From assembly GCF_036321535.1 (NCBI RefSeq), contig NC_087436.1, positions 66,590,001 to 66,654,000 of the forward strand: a stretch of 64,000 bases of DNA, read 5' to 3'. The stretch is from Camelus dromedarius (taxonomy: Eukaryota). Below the pieces are notes generated by a model, which was not told the origin of the DNA, made no database searches, and saw nothing but the letters and a program-made list of their open reading frames with translations. Both the position numbers and the translations under genes were made by a program. Positions 1 to 14,330 of the stretch are shown piece by piece (positions within the stretch are counted from its first letter, which is position 1; each line of letters starts with the position of its first letter).

Positions 1-3000
1 GCCCAATGACAGAAGCTGAGTGAACTCAGATGTCTGAGTAATTTTGACTACCTGGTTGTTTAATATGTTTTCCATGGCAGGTGCTCTTTGTTGCTGGTAC
101 AATACAGAGATCTTCACATATTGTGCCCATTTCTGTGTGTGTATTTGCATGCTTCTTCTCCAGACTGCTGATTTTCTGGGCATTTTTGCCCAGGTCCCAT
201 GACCTGCTAATCAAGCCTTTTTTTTTTTTCACTGCTCATGAGTCTAATTTTGTCCACTTTTCTTTCCTTACAGAATGGATGGCCAAGTAACTGTCTAAAA
301 CTCTACACTTCAGAGGACTTGTATCCTACCACTTGACTGGGGCTGTGGCACATCCATCATTAATTTATAGTTTGCACTCATATACTAAGCTGACCCATTT
401 GGAAACTAAGCTTGGGCTTCTCCTTTATCTGTCAACCAGCCATAGGGGCTAACTGAGGAAGAAGTGCTGGTGCAAAAGTGGTAAATAATACAGGAATCTG
501 GGCTACATGCTCATGCAACTTGCCTGTACCCTCTAGCCCTGTCCCTGCTCAATCCTGCATGTACCACTTCCTGTTTAAGACAGATGACTGTAGAACTTCT
601 TGACTTTATGGCTTGTTGGATCTAACATAAATCAGTATTAGATGGTCAGTTATAGCCCCAAGTCTCATGGGCCTGGTTGTCTCATGGTTGGTCCCTCCAC
701 ATCTATAAGAACCCCATATTACAGCAACTGCTGTTTTCCCAGAGGAAGAAAATTCTTCACTGAAAGTGGCATGATCTTCCTCTAGAACCCTAGGGTTTGT
801 CCTTGTGAGTCATCCATTAGGACTGGCCTTAAACTCCACATGGTGTTTTCCCCATCATTGATATTTATAACACAACAAGAGTTGCTCACATCACAGCCCA
901 AATCCGCTGCTAAGCACTTTCCTGCTATGGGCCACCTCAAAACTGGAAGCCTTTTGTGTCACCTAGTTTATGGCTTGGACAGTATTTCCACATGTGGAAC
1001 ACGGCACTCTCAGTCTGAAGAGATGTATTCTGTGGTGAGCTTCCTCTTTTTGTGTGTGGATAGTGTATTTTGTCAGGGATACCTCAATATGTTCCAGACC
1101 ACTAAAGCTCTGAGAATTTTTCAGTTAATGCCAGGCCCCTGAATAGTCATGCAGTCTGTCACCCACCCTCCGAACCACGTGTCTTGCTAAGACCGCTAAT
1201 ATACTAGCCGTTAATTGCTCATATTGTCCAATTAGCCTGAGGCCATTGATAGAGTGGATCAGTGTGGGGTTCTGTAGGATGTCTAAACCGTTGGACTCTA
1301 TTTTTACAGAGCATGGGAAAGATAACATAATCCAAGTGAGAACAAACAATGTCTGATCCTTTTCTCCTGATAGGAAAACACACACACAATGTGGCCTCAT
1401 CCCATATATCAAAGGCCATGCGAATCTACTCTGGCAAAAATTCAATATCTGTTATAGCAGATACAACTGGATGAGGTTGTTGTAGGTCATTGTAGTCTTC
1501 TAAAATCCATCTTGTTTTTATAGGTGCCAGATTGCTGAATCAAATAGTGAAAACCACTACTCCTGTGTTCTTTAGGTTTTCAAGGGTGGCACTGAATTCT
1601 ACCATTCCCTTTGGGGTGCAGTATTGTCGTGATTTACTATCTTGGCCTGAGTGGAGACTATTTCAGGAGCTTCTAGGTGGCTTTTCTTACTACAAAAGAC
1701 TTTCTTTTATAAGCCAGAAAACCAATATAAGGGTTGTGCCAGCTCGCATTCTGTACTTAGGGAATAAGAAAATGAACAGTGAGTAAGTCCATGGACCCAC
1801 TGTGAACTAGACCTGGATCAGGACTCCATTTATTATCTGATTCCCATGAACCTCCACTCTAAGCAGGGACCCAGTATGATGCTTTGTATCCTCAGATGTC
1901 AATGTCAATTCAAATCTTGTGTCCAAATATCCCTAAATAGTTGGGTATTCCTTTTCCCTAGTGTATGGTTATCCAAACAAATGTCCATGAGTCCATTTCA
2001 GGAAGGACTAGTAAATGCATTATCATATATGCTTCTTGTGATGTTGAACCTTCCATTAGAAGACCGAAGACCTAGATTCTCCTCAGTCAATGGGTTTTAA
2101 GCCCATTGGCATAGGTCTGGAAACTGGGTAAGGGATCATATTTTTTTTTAATTGGTGGACTACTTTTAGCCTCCTGACAAACCATCCTTTATTTCTTTTA
2201 AATTTACCGATTTAGCAGTAGCCTTGCTGGCTTCCCACCCGTTTTGCCCCTAGGCATACCGTGTTTTATTAACCACCACTGTATCTCTCTGTGGATCGGT
2301 GCCTCCCTCCTCGATGTCATGTGCCACTACATCTTTGCCACTCATTTATAGTAATTGCATCCTGGCATCTGATGACTAGGCAGTTTCACCCAGTCTCATG
2401 CAGTCTGCCTTTATCATGGCAGCTCCTACTGTCAGCTGTGTCCAGATGGAAAGAGCCACCATTGAATTTAGTGATGATGATGGTACCCTCTTACCAGTAC
2501 ATTACTAAGTGCTCTGGTAAGTGTTGTGTCATGTGAGCTGCCCTCTAGTGAGTTTTCCAGCCTTATTTAGTATATACATTCTTGCAAGTCCAGTTCTCTG
2601 ATCCTTTTAGTCCCTTCTGCTATCTGCTTTGGAGATTTGGGCACTACTATCTCAACGGGAGTGAACCATAGCTTTTTGCATGCTTCTAGTGGCCATTTTA
2701 GCAGTATGTTTGCACCGTCTTCCAGGTCCTTACCAGAGTGCTAAATCATAGATACCTTGATTTGATAGACTTTCTCTTATCCAACCTATGTTCTGTCACC
2801 CTTGATCCTCAAAATACAACCCTATGTATGTTTTCCTAGCTTGGGCCAGTATAGGCAAGAGTGTGTCCTGTGGGTTCTTTGGACTATAGTTTCCTTCTTT
2901 CCTTGTCAAACTCAGTCACATCCACAGTCATGTTATACTGTGACTTAACCCTAGCTATTGTCCTTGAGGTTGAAAGTGAATTTTGAGAGGACTTCACATT

Positions 3001-4030
3001 GTCTTAGAGAGCAGAGGCCTCTGGATCATCTCCAGCAAGTTGGGGAAGGCACAAGTCCTAAAAGAAGAAGGTTGGGCCACTTCTGTATATACAAAGGATT
3101 CAAGGGGACTTGAGGATTCAAAATTTTGGGGTGCATTGGATGTCTTTATCCAATTTAGCAGAGCCACATTCTTTCCCCACCTAAGCCTTCATCTTAGTAT
3201 AATGGACCTTCCAAATTCTTTGGGGCTCTGATACCTTTATGCTTAAGTCCTGGACCTTGTCTACAGAGGTACATGCCTTTCTGCATGTGGAAGATGCGGA
3301 AAGAGATGAAGATCTCTTTCTACACTACTAAGGAGGCCTTCTGAACTTCCTACTTATTATTGAATTGCCAATTCATGACCCTCAACCTTAAGTTATTCCA
3401 TTCCAAAATATCAATGGAACTTAGCAAAGCAGCCCAGTTCCACTATCTTTATACTTACTATTTCCCCCATATTTCCCAAACTCTTGATGCATCATGCCAG
3501 ATAGCGCATTCCTTTTAACCCATAGCCCATCTCAATTTGTTACTAATAAAAGATTGAACTGAACACTTGTTCTCAAGGTCAGTTGTATTCCACTTACAAA
3601 TAGCACTGGAGTTTTTATTGACATGTTGACCTAAAACAAACAGACTGCCATATATTTCTCCAGCAGAGATAGGTTTATTTGGGATCAACAGAGAACTGCA
3701 GTTTGGGGTCTGCAACTGTGGTGAGCCACGTGCAAGTCCTCATTCCCCAAGGAAAGGGAAGGAGAACATATTTTTGGAGAAGAGGAAGTTGAGAGGTCTA
3801 TAATAAACAAAGAGTCCATGACTTTTCATTACCAGGAAAGAATCAATGAGCTTTTCTTCTTGTTGGGCTCTGCTATCCTTACAGGGTGAGAGAGCTCCCC
3901 CGTTCTGGTTACCCAGCTCTATTTAATTGAGGTTCCTGTTTATTAAATTTTTTACAGCCATTTGGGTGGCAGATGATTCAGTTTCAAAATTCCAAGTTTG
4001 TATTCACTTGGGTCGCTTCCCGAACCACCT
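1..4030 (-). mobile_element. Degraded ERVL-class endogenous retrovirus internal region (gag-pro-pol), truncated by left window edge
   Basis: Minus-strand translation gives protease-like GYLDTRFELTLTSEDTKHHTG (~1870-1935; ERVL: GLLDTGSELTLIPGDPKHHCG) and RT-like TLIHSINGLRLIG in ORF 1125-1445 (ERVL: TLVHYIDDIMLIG). RNase H-like remnant near 40-130. Many stops and frameshifts. Confidence 0.85.
3624..3956 (-). mobile_element. Solo LTR (ERV1-like) nested in the ERVL internal region
   Basis: TG...CA termini, near-TSD gaca/gcca (4 bp), AATAAA on the minus strand. It interrupts ERVL-like sequence. Confidence 0.65.
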
Positions 4031-4032
4031 GT

Positions 4033-4438
4033 TGTAGATTAGAATCCACTGTAAGCAAACTCTGATATAGAAATTAGCAAGGAGGAATCGCAACCTATGT
4101 AAAAGAAAGAAAGGAAAATTGAAAAGAGGGAGAAGTTGGGCTGTGATACTGCCTCAACAAAGACCTTGGCTGATTGTATAGGGAGCTCTGACTCTAGCAT
4201 TGCCCTTCAGATTTATCCTGGGTTGCAGTGAGGTCTCTATATCTTGTGTTGACCATTCACTGGATGCAAGCCTTTTTGGAAAGGAGATGACTTTAGTGAC
4301 TACTCTTGTCAGCCAAGATAATTGCAAAGAGAGTTAACAACTGATGCTATCTGCCAGCAGCACTTCCAGTAGTGAGGGTAATAAGGTCTCTGAGTCTTGA
4401 AGGGAGATTTGCACACCACATCCCAATGCAGATCTACA
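4033..4438 (-). mobile_element. ERVL LTR (LTR33-like), probable 5' LTR of the provirus
   Basis: tgtag...ctaca termini. 'gagaagttgggctgtgatactgcctcaacaaagaccttggc...gggagctctg' resembles LTR33. A PBS-like TGGTTCGGGAAGCGACCC lies immediately internal on the minus strand. Confidence 0.7.
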
Positions 4439-6053
4439 GTTCAAACTCCCAGTGCCACTATGCTCTTTAATTAGGATTAATCATATGTTAGTATCATCAG
4501 AGTTTAATAGAGTTACCGTCTTTCTTTGTTTTCACTTCATCAAAGTCCATTCACTCCCCAACCCGCTAAATGTGGTTTCTACCCCCCCAAAATTTACCAT
4601 GACTTATTTTTGCATAAGGTAATTGAAATGGTTAAATAAAGTTATGTGATGAAAATAACATTGAAATTTTGAAAAACATGTACAGAGATGTATTATCGCT
4701 ATTTATCTCTAACCATATTTGTTCACATTCTTTGCTCTACTTGATTTTCTCTTATAACACATTAGATGTCTAATCTAATAAAAAATCATGCCCTTCTCTA
4801 TACAATTTTAGTTAGTTTGAAAGAGCATTTAATGACTTAGAATTAATTCTCTTTTATTCCAGGTGGACTCTAAGAAATATAAATATAATCAACATTATTT
4901 CCTTTTCATTCTTATAATCCCTGACAATGAAAATGAGGGCACAGATTTTACTTTCATGAGCATGAACCACTTTTGTCTTTGATTAGAAACCTAAAGCCCC
5001 TCTTTGGCCCCACTAGAATTACCATAAGTAGGATACTTAGCGTATTTGACACCTGAAGCAGATTATTTTTTTAATGCCATACTTCTCTATATGGCAAAAT
5101 CATTTTCAGTAATAAGCATGACATGAAATCAATAATAATAATGGACAGAAGAGAAATGCTGACCAGGAAACTTTTTTGTTATTGAACTTCATATGTACAT
5201 ATTATTGAACTTTATATGTCTAATTATATAAAAATAAAAATAGCATACAATAAGAATTATGAACAGTTCTTTTCAATTATATTAGTGTATTTTTTAAAAC
5301 AGGAAAAAATAAATATATACCTGCATGTTGGTTTGTCATAGTAATGAGTAATGATTACAGTCTATATTTTAGAGCTGTAACTTTTGGAAATTTGTCAATT
5401 CATCAAAATTGATCTTCTTCATATAATCATGTTGAATAGTTAGCATAACAAGATTTGTCAATCTAACTTTGCTCATAGTTGATTGAAGAATGTGTTTTAT
5501 TAATTTTTATTTCAAAAAGTTTCTCTCACATGAAGAAACAGATGCATATAGTTTTGAAAAGTCTTAAAGATAAGTTTGGCAGAAATTCATAGAAATCCTA
5601 TTTTATAATGAATTTTAGAAATGGCATTCTAAGTTTTTGTTTCTTTGGGGTCAATTACAGCAATTTTCAAATGTTTCTGTAGAAAAAATATATATATACG
5701 TATAAAGAGAGAGACTAAAAGAAAAAAAATAAACAAACTCCAAGTAGTCACTTTTGAAAGACAGAATGAAATTACCTTATGCTTTTTTCTTTTGGCCTTA
5801 AAATCACTGTGCTATCATCATTTATATTTTGAATAACAGTTAAATACCTAAAGTATGTAGCACCAGAAGAATTGGAGAATTGGAGACTTGACTCCCAATG
5901 TGAGCTCAAACAATCCCAAATCTTAATGAATTTTGTTTCAAATCATATGCATATAGTTGAGTCCACAAGAGTCGACAGCAAATTGTAAAGCCCAATTTAA
6001 CTTACACATAAAATATGTATAATAAAGGATAAATATAAAGAATGTGCTAAGTT

Positions 6054-7524
6054 GGCACAAAAACAGACATATGGATCAGTGGATCAAAATAGAGAACCCA
6101 GAAATAAATCCACAGACCTACAGTCAATTAATCTTTGACAAATGAGGCAAGAATATACAATGAAGAAAAGACAGTCTCTTCAGCAAGTGGTGTTGGGAAA
6201 ACTGGACAGCTACATGTAAATCAATGAAGTTAGAACACTCCCTCACACTATACACAAAAATAAACTCAAAACAGCTTAAAGACTAAAATATAAGACAAGA
6301 CACAATAAACCTCCTAGAAATATAGGCAAAACATTCTCTGACATAAATCTTAGCAATGTTCTCCTAGGGCAATCTACCCAGGCAATAGAAATAAAAGCAA
6401 AAATAAACAAATGGGACCTAATCAAACTTACAAGTTTTTCACAGCAAAGGAAACAGTAAGCAAAACAAAACAACAACCTACAAAATGAGAGAAAATATTT
6501 GCAAATGATGTGACTCACAAAGGCTTAATTTCCAGGATATATAAACAGCTCATACAACTTAATAACAAAGAAACAAGCAACCCAGTCCAAAACTGGGCAG
6601 AAGACCTAAACAAGCAATTCTCCAATGAAGACATACAAATGACCAATAGGCACATGAAAAAAATGCTCAGTGCTGCTAATTATCAGAGAAATGCAAATCC
6701 AAACTACAATGAGGTATCACCTCACACCAGTCAGATGGTCATCATTAAAAAGTCCACCAATGATAAATGCTAGAGAGGATGTAGAGAAAAGGGAACTCTC
6801 CTAAATTACTAGTGGGAATGTAGTTTGGTGCAGCCACTGTGGAAAACAGTATGGAGACTCCTCAAAAAATTAAAAATAGACTTACCATATGATCCAGCAA
6901 TTCTACCCCTGGGCATATATCCAGAGGGAACTCTAATTAGAAAAGATACATGCACCCCAGTGTTTACAGCAGCATTATTTACAATAGCTAAGACATGGAA
7001 ACAATCTAAATGTGCATTGACAGACAGATGACTGGATAAAGAAGTTGTGGTATATTTATACAATGGAATACTATTCAGCCATAAAAAACAATAAAATAAT
7101 GCTATTTTATGAGCTGGAGATCATCCCTTCTAAGTGAAGTAAGCCAGAAAGAGAAAGAAAAATATCATATGATATCACTCTTATGTGGAATCTAAAGAAA
7201 AAAGAAAAAAGACACTAATGAACCCATCTACAAAACAGAAACAGACTCATAGACATAGTAAACAATCTTATAGTTACAAGAGGAAAAGGGGTAGGAAAGG
7301 ATAAATTTGGGAGTTTGAGATTTGCAAATGTTAACCACTATATATAAAAATAGATTAAAAAACAGATTTCTTCTGTATAGCACAGGGAACTATATTCAAT
7401 ATCTTGTAATTACCTTTAATGAAAAAGAATATGAAAGCAAATGTATGTATATATGTGCATGACTGGGACATTATGCTGTACACCAGAAATTGACACATTG
7501 TAACTGACTATATTTCAATATAAA
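6054..7524 (+). mobile_element. 5'-truncated lineage-specific LINE-1 (ORF2 C-terminus plus 3' UTR)
   Basis: ORF2-like peptides [32 protein letters not shown] and [17 protein letters not shown]-rich tail. TSD aaagaatgtgctaagtt (6037-6053) / aaagagcatgctaagtt (7525-7541). Confidence 0.95.
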
Positions 7525-7739
7525 AAAGAGCATGCTAAGTTGAAAATTGCAATATATAAAGATGTAAATATAAATATATATTTAAAACTTAACAATAACT
7601 GCAGCAATTGTTTAGAGGAGCATTTTATTGCTACCATAACTAAGAATTGCAAGCACATGTTTATAATTTTTTAAAAATCCATGTTTAACTGGTTTTATTG
7701 TTGTTTTTAAAACTGTTGGTAATCATATTATGAGACCAT

Positions 7740-9075
7740 CCAGTGCAGCCAACCCTTGGCCACAACAATTCATATCTTTTCCAAATACATGTATCTCTTC
7801 CCTAAGAGTTTCCTTACATTATATCACCAATTTGAAGAGCAGGATTTTATCATCTGCATCAAGATTGAATGCGAATGGAGCTCCTGAGGTGTGGCTTTTC
7901 TCCACCTAAAGATCTCTAAACTAAAAAGACAAGTTATTGCCCCTGAACATTCAGCATTAGCATCCCTTGGTGAAAAAGGAATGGCATTAATACTGTAGAT
8001 ACTGCCATTTGAAATGGGAAGAAATAAGAGGCTCTTGGCCACAGCTGGACCCCCACTGTCAGAGATCCTTGGTTAAGCACTTCCTGGAAGTGCTTCTCTG
8101 AAATTCCCAGCTTCACCTTCCGTGCTCTTGGTTTGTTTTTTGTTTCGTTCTATTCTGTTTCGTTTTTGTTTTCCCCCCAATCTTCCTCTTTTCTCATTAA
8201 GAAATGGCCCAGGTTTGTATGTGAAGGACTTTTTTGATGACTTCCTGCAAATAGAAATTGAGTCTCAGAGGCTCATATTCATTTGGTCCTTCTCTCTGGC
8301 ACTATTAGCTCAAAGTGGGCAACTTCTTTAAATTATTTGAGACATTTTTATATAATAGTTTATAATTCACTCATTTAGACAAAAAGTACCACACAAACTC
8401 CTTGTGGTAAGCTTCTCTTTACCTTGGGCTGTAAGTCTGATGCTGTGGGAAAATATCCTTACAACTCTTTATAAACATTTTTTGTTTAGCTAAGAGGGTC
8501 TACAGACCCTGCTTTGAATCATTCAAAGGTCTTAACAAGGATGAATTACAGGCAGATTTTTGATACGATCTTTAACCTAAAAGAACATTTTTCCTGGCAA
8601 AACTCTGAAGCCACTTCTTACATTAAGCATCATTTGCCCTATGAAGAGGCTGAGAAAAAAAAACAAGCTTTATTTTCTAAGCTAGCAAGCTATGGTTTGA
8701 AATATTTTCTCTAAAAAGTACTTGAAATATGATTTTTTTTTGTTTTTCATACACTAATCTCTTACAACACCTTATCATATGTGGTAAATAAAACTAATCA
8801 ATACTTTCGGCATTCTTCCTGGAAACCTGTTTAGTCAGATCCACAATTTAGGTAAATACTTTTTTCTATTTTCCAAGACTCAAGCAGTATTCTTGCTAAT
8901 TATTCTTCAGAATACTATTTCTAGTCTCCTTTGGCAGTCTCCTCATTGCCCTTCCAGATTCTGCTTATGGCTCCCTCCCAAAGCCCACTTCCCATGTTTT
9001 AGGATTCCATTACAGCAGCACTCCACTTGAAGTAATTCAGGTGCCAATCTCTGTATGAATTATCGATTGCTGTAG
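7740..9075 (-). mobile_element. Old MaLR (MLT1-type) internal/LTR remnant
   Basis: Ends in a 'cagcagcactccactt...gtgccaatctctgtatgaatta' motif typical of the MaLR internal-LTR boundary. Highly diverged. Confidence 0.45.
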
Positions 9076-10364
9076 AGTCGACCATAATTTAAGCCAAAAT
9101 CAAAGACTATCTATTGCAGATATTTAACTTAATTATCTCAGCAATTTAAGAAGGAGATTTTACTATACTGCTTAAATTGGGTGAGGAAATCTACCTATCT
9201 AGTTCTGGGGCTGAATATTAGGAAGTCCAAAATCTTTAAGGGTAGAAAACTGACAATTTCTTTTCTATCTTGAAAAATTAATTTAGAAATTAAGTACATC
9301 ATTTGTCAGTCTCTGAAACTCCAACTTGAACCTCATTTTTTAACTTACCACATGTATCCAACACACATAATGATGCCAAGAATATAGTAGTTTTTCAATA
9401 AATTTTTATTAAACGACAAAAATTCTGAATGTGCACTGAAATATGAAGACTCCTTGGAGATATCCTGAAGAAAAATTATCTGCAACCTAGAGAAGGCACT
9501 CCTTCTAACATTTCCTAAATGTTGTCCACTGGATTTCTATGAAACTCAAGGTTGTGTATCTAAAGCTAAATAATTTACTACTCAGAATAAATTATATTGT
9601 CTATGATATATGAACCTTGGTGTATTTATACGAATCTGTGCTTAAAACACATTTCAACATGTATTCAGTAAAATCAGAGATTGTAACTGTATCTTAAAAT
9701 CAGGGCAAGATATGAAATTTCGAGATTTCACAGCTTCTTATTTAGCAACACCAATCACTAATTAACATTTCAAAATGTAACAATTGAAAATCAGAGCAGC
9801 TTGAAAGTGAAAAATTGGTTTTTTTTTTTGTCGGGATAGCAACAGCATTTTGCCCTTGATTTAGCCTTCTAGATCCTAGAAAATGCTAATCCATTTTTCT
9901 TTTTTTTTTTTCAGATTACCTCCAATAACAAAACAGACATACATATATACTGAAATAACATTTAAATTAAATCATACCTAATTTTGAAAAAGAGAAATAA
10001 TTATGGATTTTTAGATGATTGGTTACATAGGAAAGAATGACAAATATGTGTACATGGAATGTTGAAAGTAAAGTAAATTGTATATATTTGGCTCTGATAA
10101 GAAACCATCAGACTTAATAGGAAAGGTTTAAGAAATATGTGGGTTTGGTTAACAGTACTATTTTGAATGAAAATCAGTATGCAATTTGGAATTTCATAAG
10201 ATTACTAATTTATTTATATATATATATGTAAATAATTGTACTTATTTAGTTTCTCTGAATGTTTACTTAGCATGGCATATGCACAAGTTTAAAACTACAT
10301 GTCTTGGAAAATAAGTTCTACTTTTCCTTTGATGTGTGGGCCCATTTTGTTTTATGGCTATATC

Positions 10365-10767
10365 CATGAGCAGGCAGACTCTAAGATGGCCCTCAGGATT
10401 TGCACTTCCTGTTGTGAAACACATATAATCTCCTCCTTTTGTGTGTGTGTGGGTGGGATCTGTGGGTATCACGCATGGTTTCTTCATGATATGTTACATT
10501 ATACGAGAAAGGCGAGTAGACTTTGCTGATCCAGATATCTGTAATTAGTGTGACTTTGATTTAATCAGAAGGGCTGGGCAGGGTTAGCTCTTACCTAATC
10601 AGGTGAATATTTAAAAAAGAGCTTATTCCTTCCTTCCAATGAGAGAAATTCTGCTTCTGACCTTAAAAAGCAGCTGCCATGAGTTCTAAAGCTTCAATGA
10701 AATGAATTGTGCCAACAACCACCTGAACTTTTAGAAGACCCAGAGCTTCAGAAAAGAACACAGCATG
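10365..10767 (+). mobile_element. MLT1-family MaLR LTR (partial)
   Basis: 'ggcagactctaagatggccc', 'gtgggtgggatctgtg' and 'aatgaattgtgccaacaaccacctgaac' match the MLT1F/G-type consensus. Confidence 0.7.
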
Positions 10768-10985
10768 GAGTGATGTCATCAAAGAGGTGGCATAGGAGAC
10801 TTGTAGCCTCCATCCTCCCCTTGCCAACAAAGATCAGCTGTTAGACAACTGTCTGCAAACAAAAGCAGCTCTAGAGCTCTGAAGTCCACTTAAGAAGTTT
10901 CAACAACCCAGTGAAACAAAAATCTGAGAACAACCAGACACACACAAAAGAAGAAAAGTTTCATTTTGCCTCCATCATCTCATTT
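10768..10985 (+). mobile_element. Isolated LINE-1 5' end fragment
   Basis: Begins gagtgatgtcatcaaagaggtggcatagga, resembling the L1 5' start gagtgacgtcagcaagatggcggaatagga. Confidence 0.5.
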
Positions 10986-12239
10986 TGGGTTCACGGCAGT
11001 CTGCTTTATCTATTCTGTAGATGAATACGTGTAGTTGAACATTATTCCTAACTAAGCTATGACGGCTTACATTAAAATGCAGAGAAAATAAAATTTTAGA
11101 TACATTACATTTAAAAACAAAGGAGAGGAAGATATTGAAGGAGAATGATTCTACCAGAAAATCTAGGCACAGTAAAGTTAGTGTAATTGAGTGTAAACCT
11201 TAGTTCTGAATTTCTAACTAGTCTATCAGTGTTTTCATCAAAAGTGAAAAATATTTTCCTGGGTCTGAGTTTTTAATCTGTAAGTTTCATAGAACTAATT
11301 TGTTCTGTGGTATAAATTAGCATTCTGATTATTTTCATCAATTAAATTGATTACTTTAATCATCAAATCCCATAGGCATATATTTTTATAGGTCTAATTT
11401 AGATTAAACAGTCTCTGAGGCATGTGTTCACATATATCATTGAAGCTCTAGCACTCTGTGCCTCCGTCTTCTCCAGTTCAACACAGCTAAGTGGAATAGC
11501 CTCTACAGGTGAAGAACGAGAAGGATCCAGGTCACCAAACACAGCTGCACATGGGCACCAAGTAGACACCCTTGACCCAGTACCACCTTTCTCTTCTAGT
11601 ATATTTCAGAAAAATCCTACAGATATGGGGGAAAACGTCAGACTTTTCTTTAAGACTGATTGTCCTACCTGTGTTTATACCTTTGTTTTTCTTTTTCCTT
11701 ATCCCCACTGATACTTTGTTCCATCAGTAATTTCAAATGTTTACATTTTAAGCACCACCTCTTTTTAAAAAAAAATTCCTTTTCCAATATTGATGAACAT
11801 GCTATAATGGTTTATAAAACAAAACAAAATCTTTCATTAATCCTCCCTTTCCCGCCTAGTTTCCACCATATCTTTCTTTTCTTCACCTCCAATCCCCAGG
11901 GACTGCAGATGGGAGTGGAAAGTGCAAATTCTTTTACCACTTCCTTTTTTGCTGGCACTTATTTCTTTTTTCTTTTCAAGTATGAGTTTATACTTCCTCT
12001 TCTGATGCCTAAATCTGTTCAAATACACATGCCATTGCTCCCATAGCTTACTGACTTGGCATTTTCTTGTTTTTGTAACTATCTCTTTCCCTAGATTGTA
12101 GAATCCTTAAGAGTAAGAGCACTTACTCATATTAATATCCTCTCCATCGCACATCTAGCCCAGTGCTTCCTACAAGGTGGGCCCCAAGCAAATACTTTGA
12201 AATAAAATTTTATGAAAAATACATTTTTCTGTATATATA

Positions 12240-12940
12240 GTATATATATATTTATAGCTGCTGCATTTTCACAAGATGGGATGCATCTGTGTAATCAGCA
12301 CTCATATTGAAAGAACATCGCCACCATACCAGAAGCTCCCTCATTTTATTTTTAGTCACAATTTCACCTTTCCACAGTAACAATTATCCTGACTTTTAAC
12401 AGCACAGATTAGTTTCAACAAGTTTTGCACCTTATAAAAATGGAAATATAGTTTGTACTCTTTTGTATATGAAGTCTTTTACTCAATATTTGCTTGTGAA
12501 AATCATTCACTTTGTTGCTTATAGTTGTAAATCACCCATGCACCAATATATCACAAAATATTCACCTAATTAACTATTGATGAACATTTAGGCATTTTCC
12601 AGTTTGGGACAATAAAGAATAGTGCTGCTATAAACATTTTGGCATATGACTTTTGGTGAATATATATTATATAAATTTATGTTGGATATATACCTAGAAA
12701 ATAATTGTTGGTTCAAAATGTGTGTATATATCCAGCTTAAACAGACAAAGCCAAGTATTTTCAAAGTGATGGTAACATAGAGATTACAACATACATTCTT
12801 GACTTACTAGAATCTAATACACGTTACTTTTACCATTTCCCCAATACCACTGGAGCTTTAAATTTTTTAACTCTACGCAGCTCTCATATTTCATGCTCTT
12901 GTTGTCATGCATAATAGTTCTATATATAATTTAAATTCTA
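12240..12940 (-). mobile_element. Old L1 (L1MC/ME-type) 3' fragment
   Basis: 'actattgatgaacatttaggcattttccagtttgggacaataaagaatagtgctgctataaacatt' is typical antisense L1M sequence. Confidence 0.7.
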
Positions 12941-12944
12941 CATG

Positions 12945-13520
12945 TTGCTTTCTATGCAGTATATCAAATTGCCATACAGTTAATGACTTCAAGCATATTT
13001 ATTATCTCACAGTTTCTAAGGATCAGGCAATTAGCTGAGTCCTTTGCTCAGATTCTCAAAGCTGCAATCAACATATCAGACAATTGTATTCTCAACTGGA
13101 TAAGAATCCATTTCCAAGCTCACCTAGCTTGTTAGCGGAATTCATATTTTTGCAGCAGAAGAACTGAGGGCCCAAACTCTTGCTAACTGGAAATTGGAGG
13201 TCACCTTCAGCTCCCAGAGGCCCCTGTAAGCAACTAGAACCTAGCCACAGTTCCTCAAGATTGCCTGCTGTTCCTTGCCACATGCCCTTCTCCACCATGG
13301 AGGCTTAATGAAGTAAGCCAACTGGGGGAGTCCTGAGAGCAAGTGTGCCAGGAAAAACAAGTCCTATATAACACAGCATGATCTTGAGAGGGACGTCCCA
13401 TCCCTTTGCCACTTTTCTTGTTTGGTAGCAAGGCAAAGATCCTTCAAGTGGAGGGTGTTATACAAGGACATGAACACTAGACAGTGAGGATCTTTAGGAG
13501 TCTCCTTAGTGTCTGACACA
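12945..13520 (-). mobile_element. MLT1-family MaLR LTR
   Basis: 'tttattatctcacagtttctaaggatcagg', 'ttccaagctcacctagcttgttagcggaattcat' and 'aactggaaattggaggtcaccttcagctcccagaggcc'. Confidence 0.75.
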
Positions 13521-13524
13521 TTTC

Positions 13525-14330
13525 ACAAGGCAACAAATATTGTTTTGCGTTTTCCATAGTTAATTATGTACCCATAAATTTACCCTTTCTGGTGTCCTTC
13601 ATTCCTTCCTGCATCATATTTCTTGGTTTTATCATTTTCTTCCAGGAGAATTGCTTTCTATTAATTAGTTTTTTAACTGTTTCTTTTTGTTTTTAGTTCA
13701 AGTGTGCTTTTTGAAAAATTGTCTTTTATTGTCTAAAACTATTTTTGTTCTCCATTTTAAGGTTATTTTTTGCTGTAGTATAGAGTTCTAGAATGTAGTT
13801 ATTTTCTTTCAGCAATTTAAAGCTATCATTCCACTGCCTTCAGGCTTCCATTATTTTGCTCAAGAAGTCAAAGTCATTATTCTGTTCCTATAACATTTCT
13901 TTTTCTCTGACTGCTTTTTAGCTTTTACTGAATGTCTTTTATGTTTTGTTCTGAGTTTTCATTATTTTTGCTCTCTATGCCTCAATTTTAGTATTTTAAA
14001 CTCAACAATACTGTGTTGTGCTTTATCCAATATGCTGCTAAACACATTTATTGTTTTAGATAATATATGTTTTTGTATCTATAAGGTTAAGTTGATTCTG
14101 TTTCATTTATTTGCTGAAATCATCCACTATTTTGTCTATTTTCACATTCCTTATTTTCTTAAATATATTTATAACTGTTATTTTAAAGTAGCTATCTGCT
14201 AACTCCAGTATCTGGATAAAATGAGAGTCTAATTTCTGCTTTTCTATTAATGTTCATTCATATCTGTTACTTTTTCTCATATCTAGTCATTTTGAATTGC
14301 ATCCCAGCAATGTGAAAGTGAAAAAAATGC
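13525..14330 (-). mobile_element. Old L1 fragments
   Basis: T-rich antisense L1 motifs, e.g. 'ttttctttcagcaatttaaagctatcattccactgccttcaggcttcc'. Confidence 0.55.
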
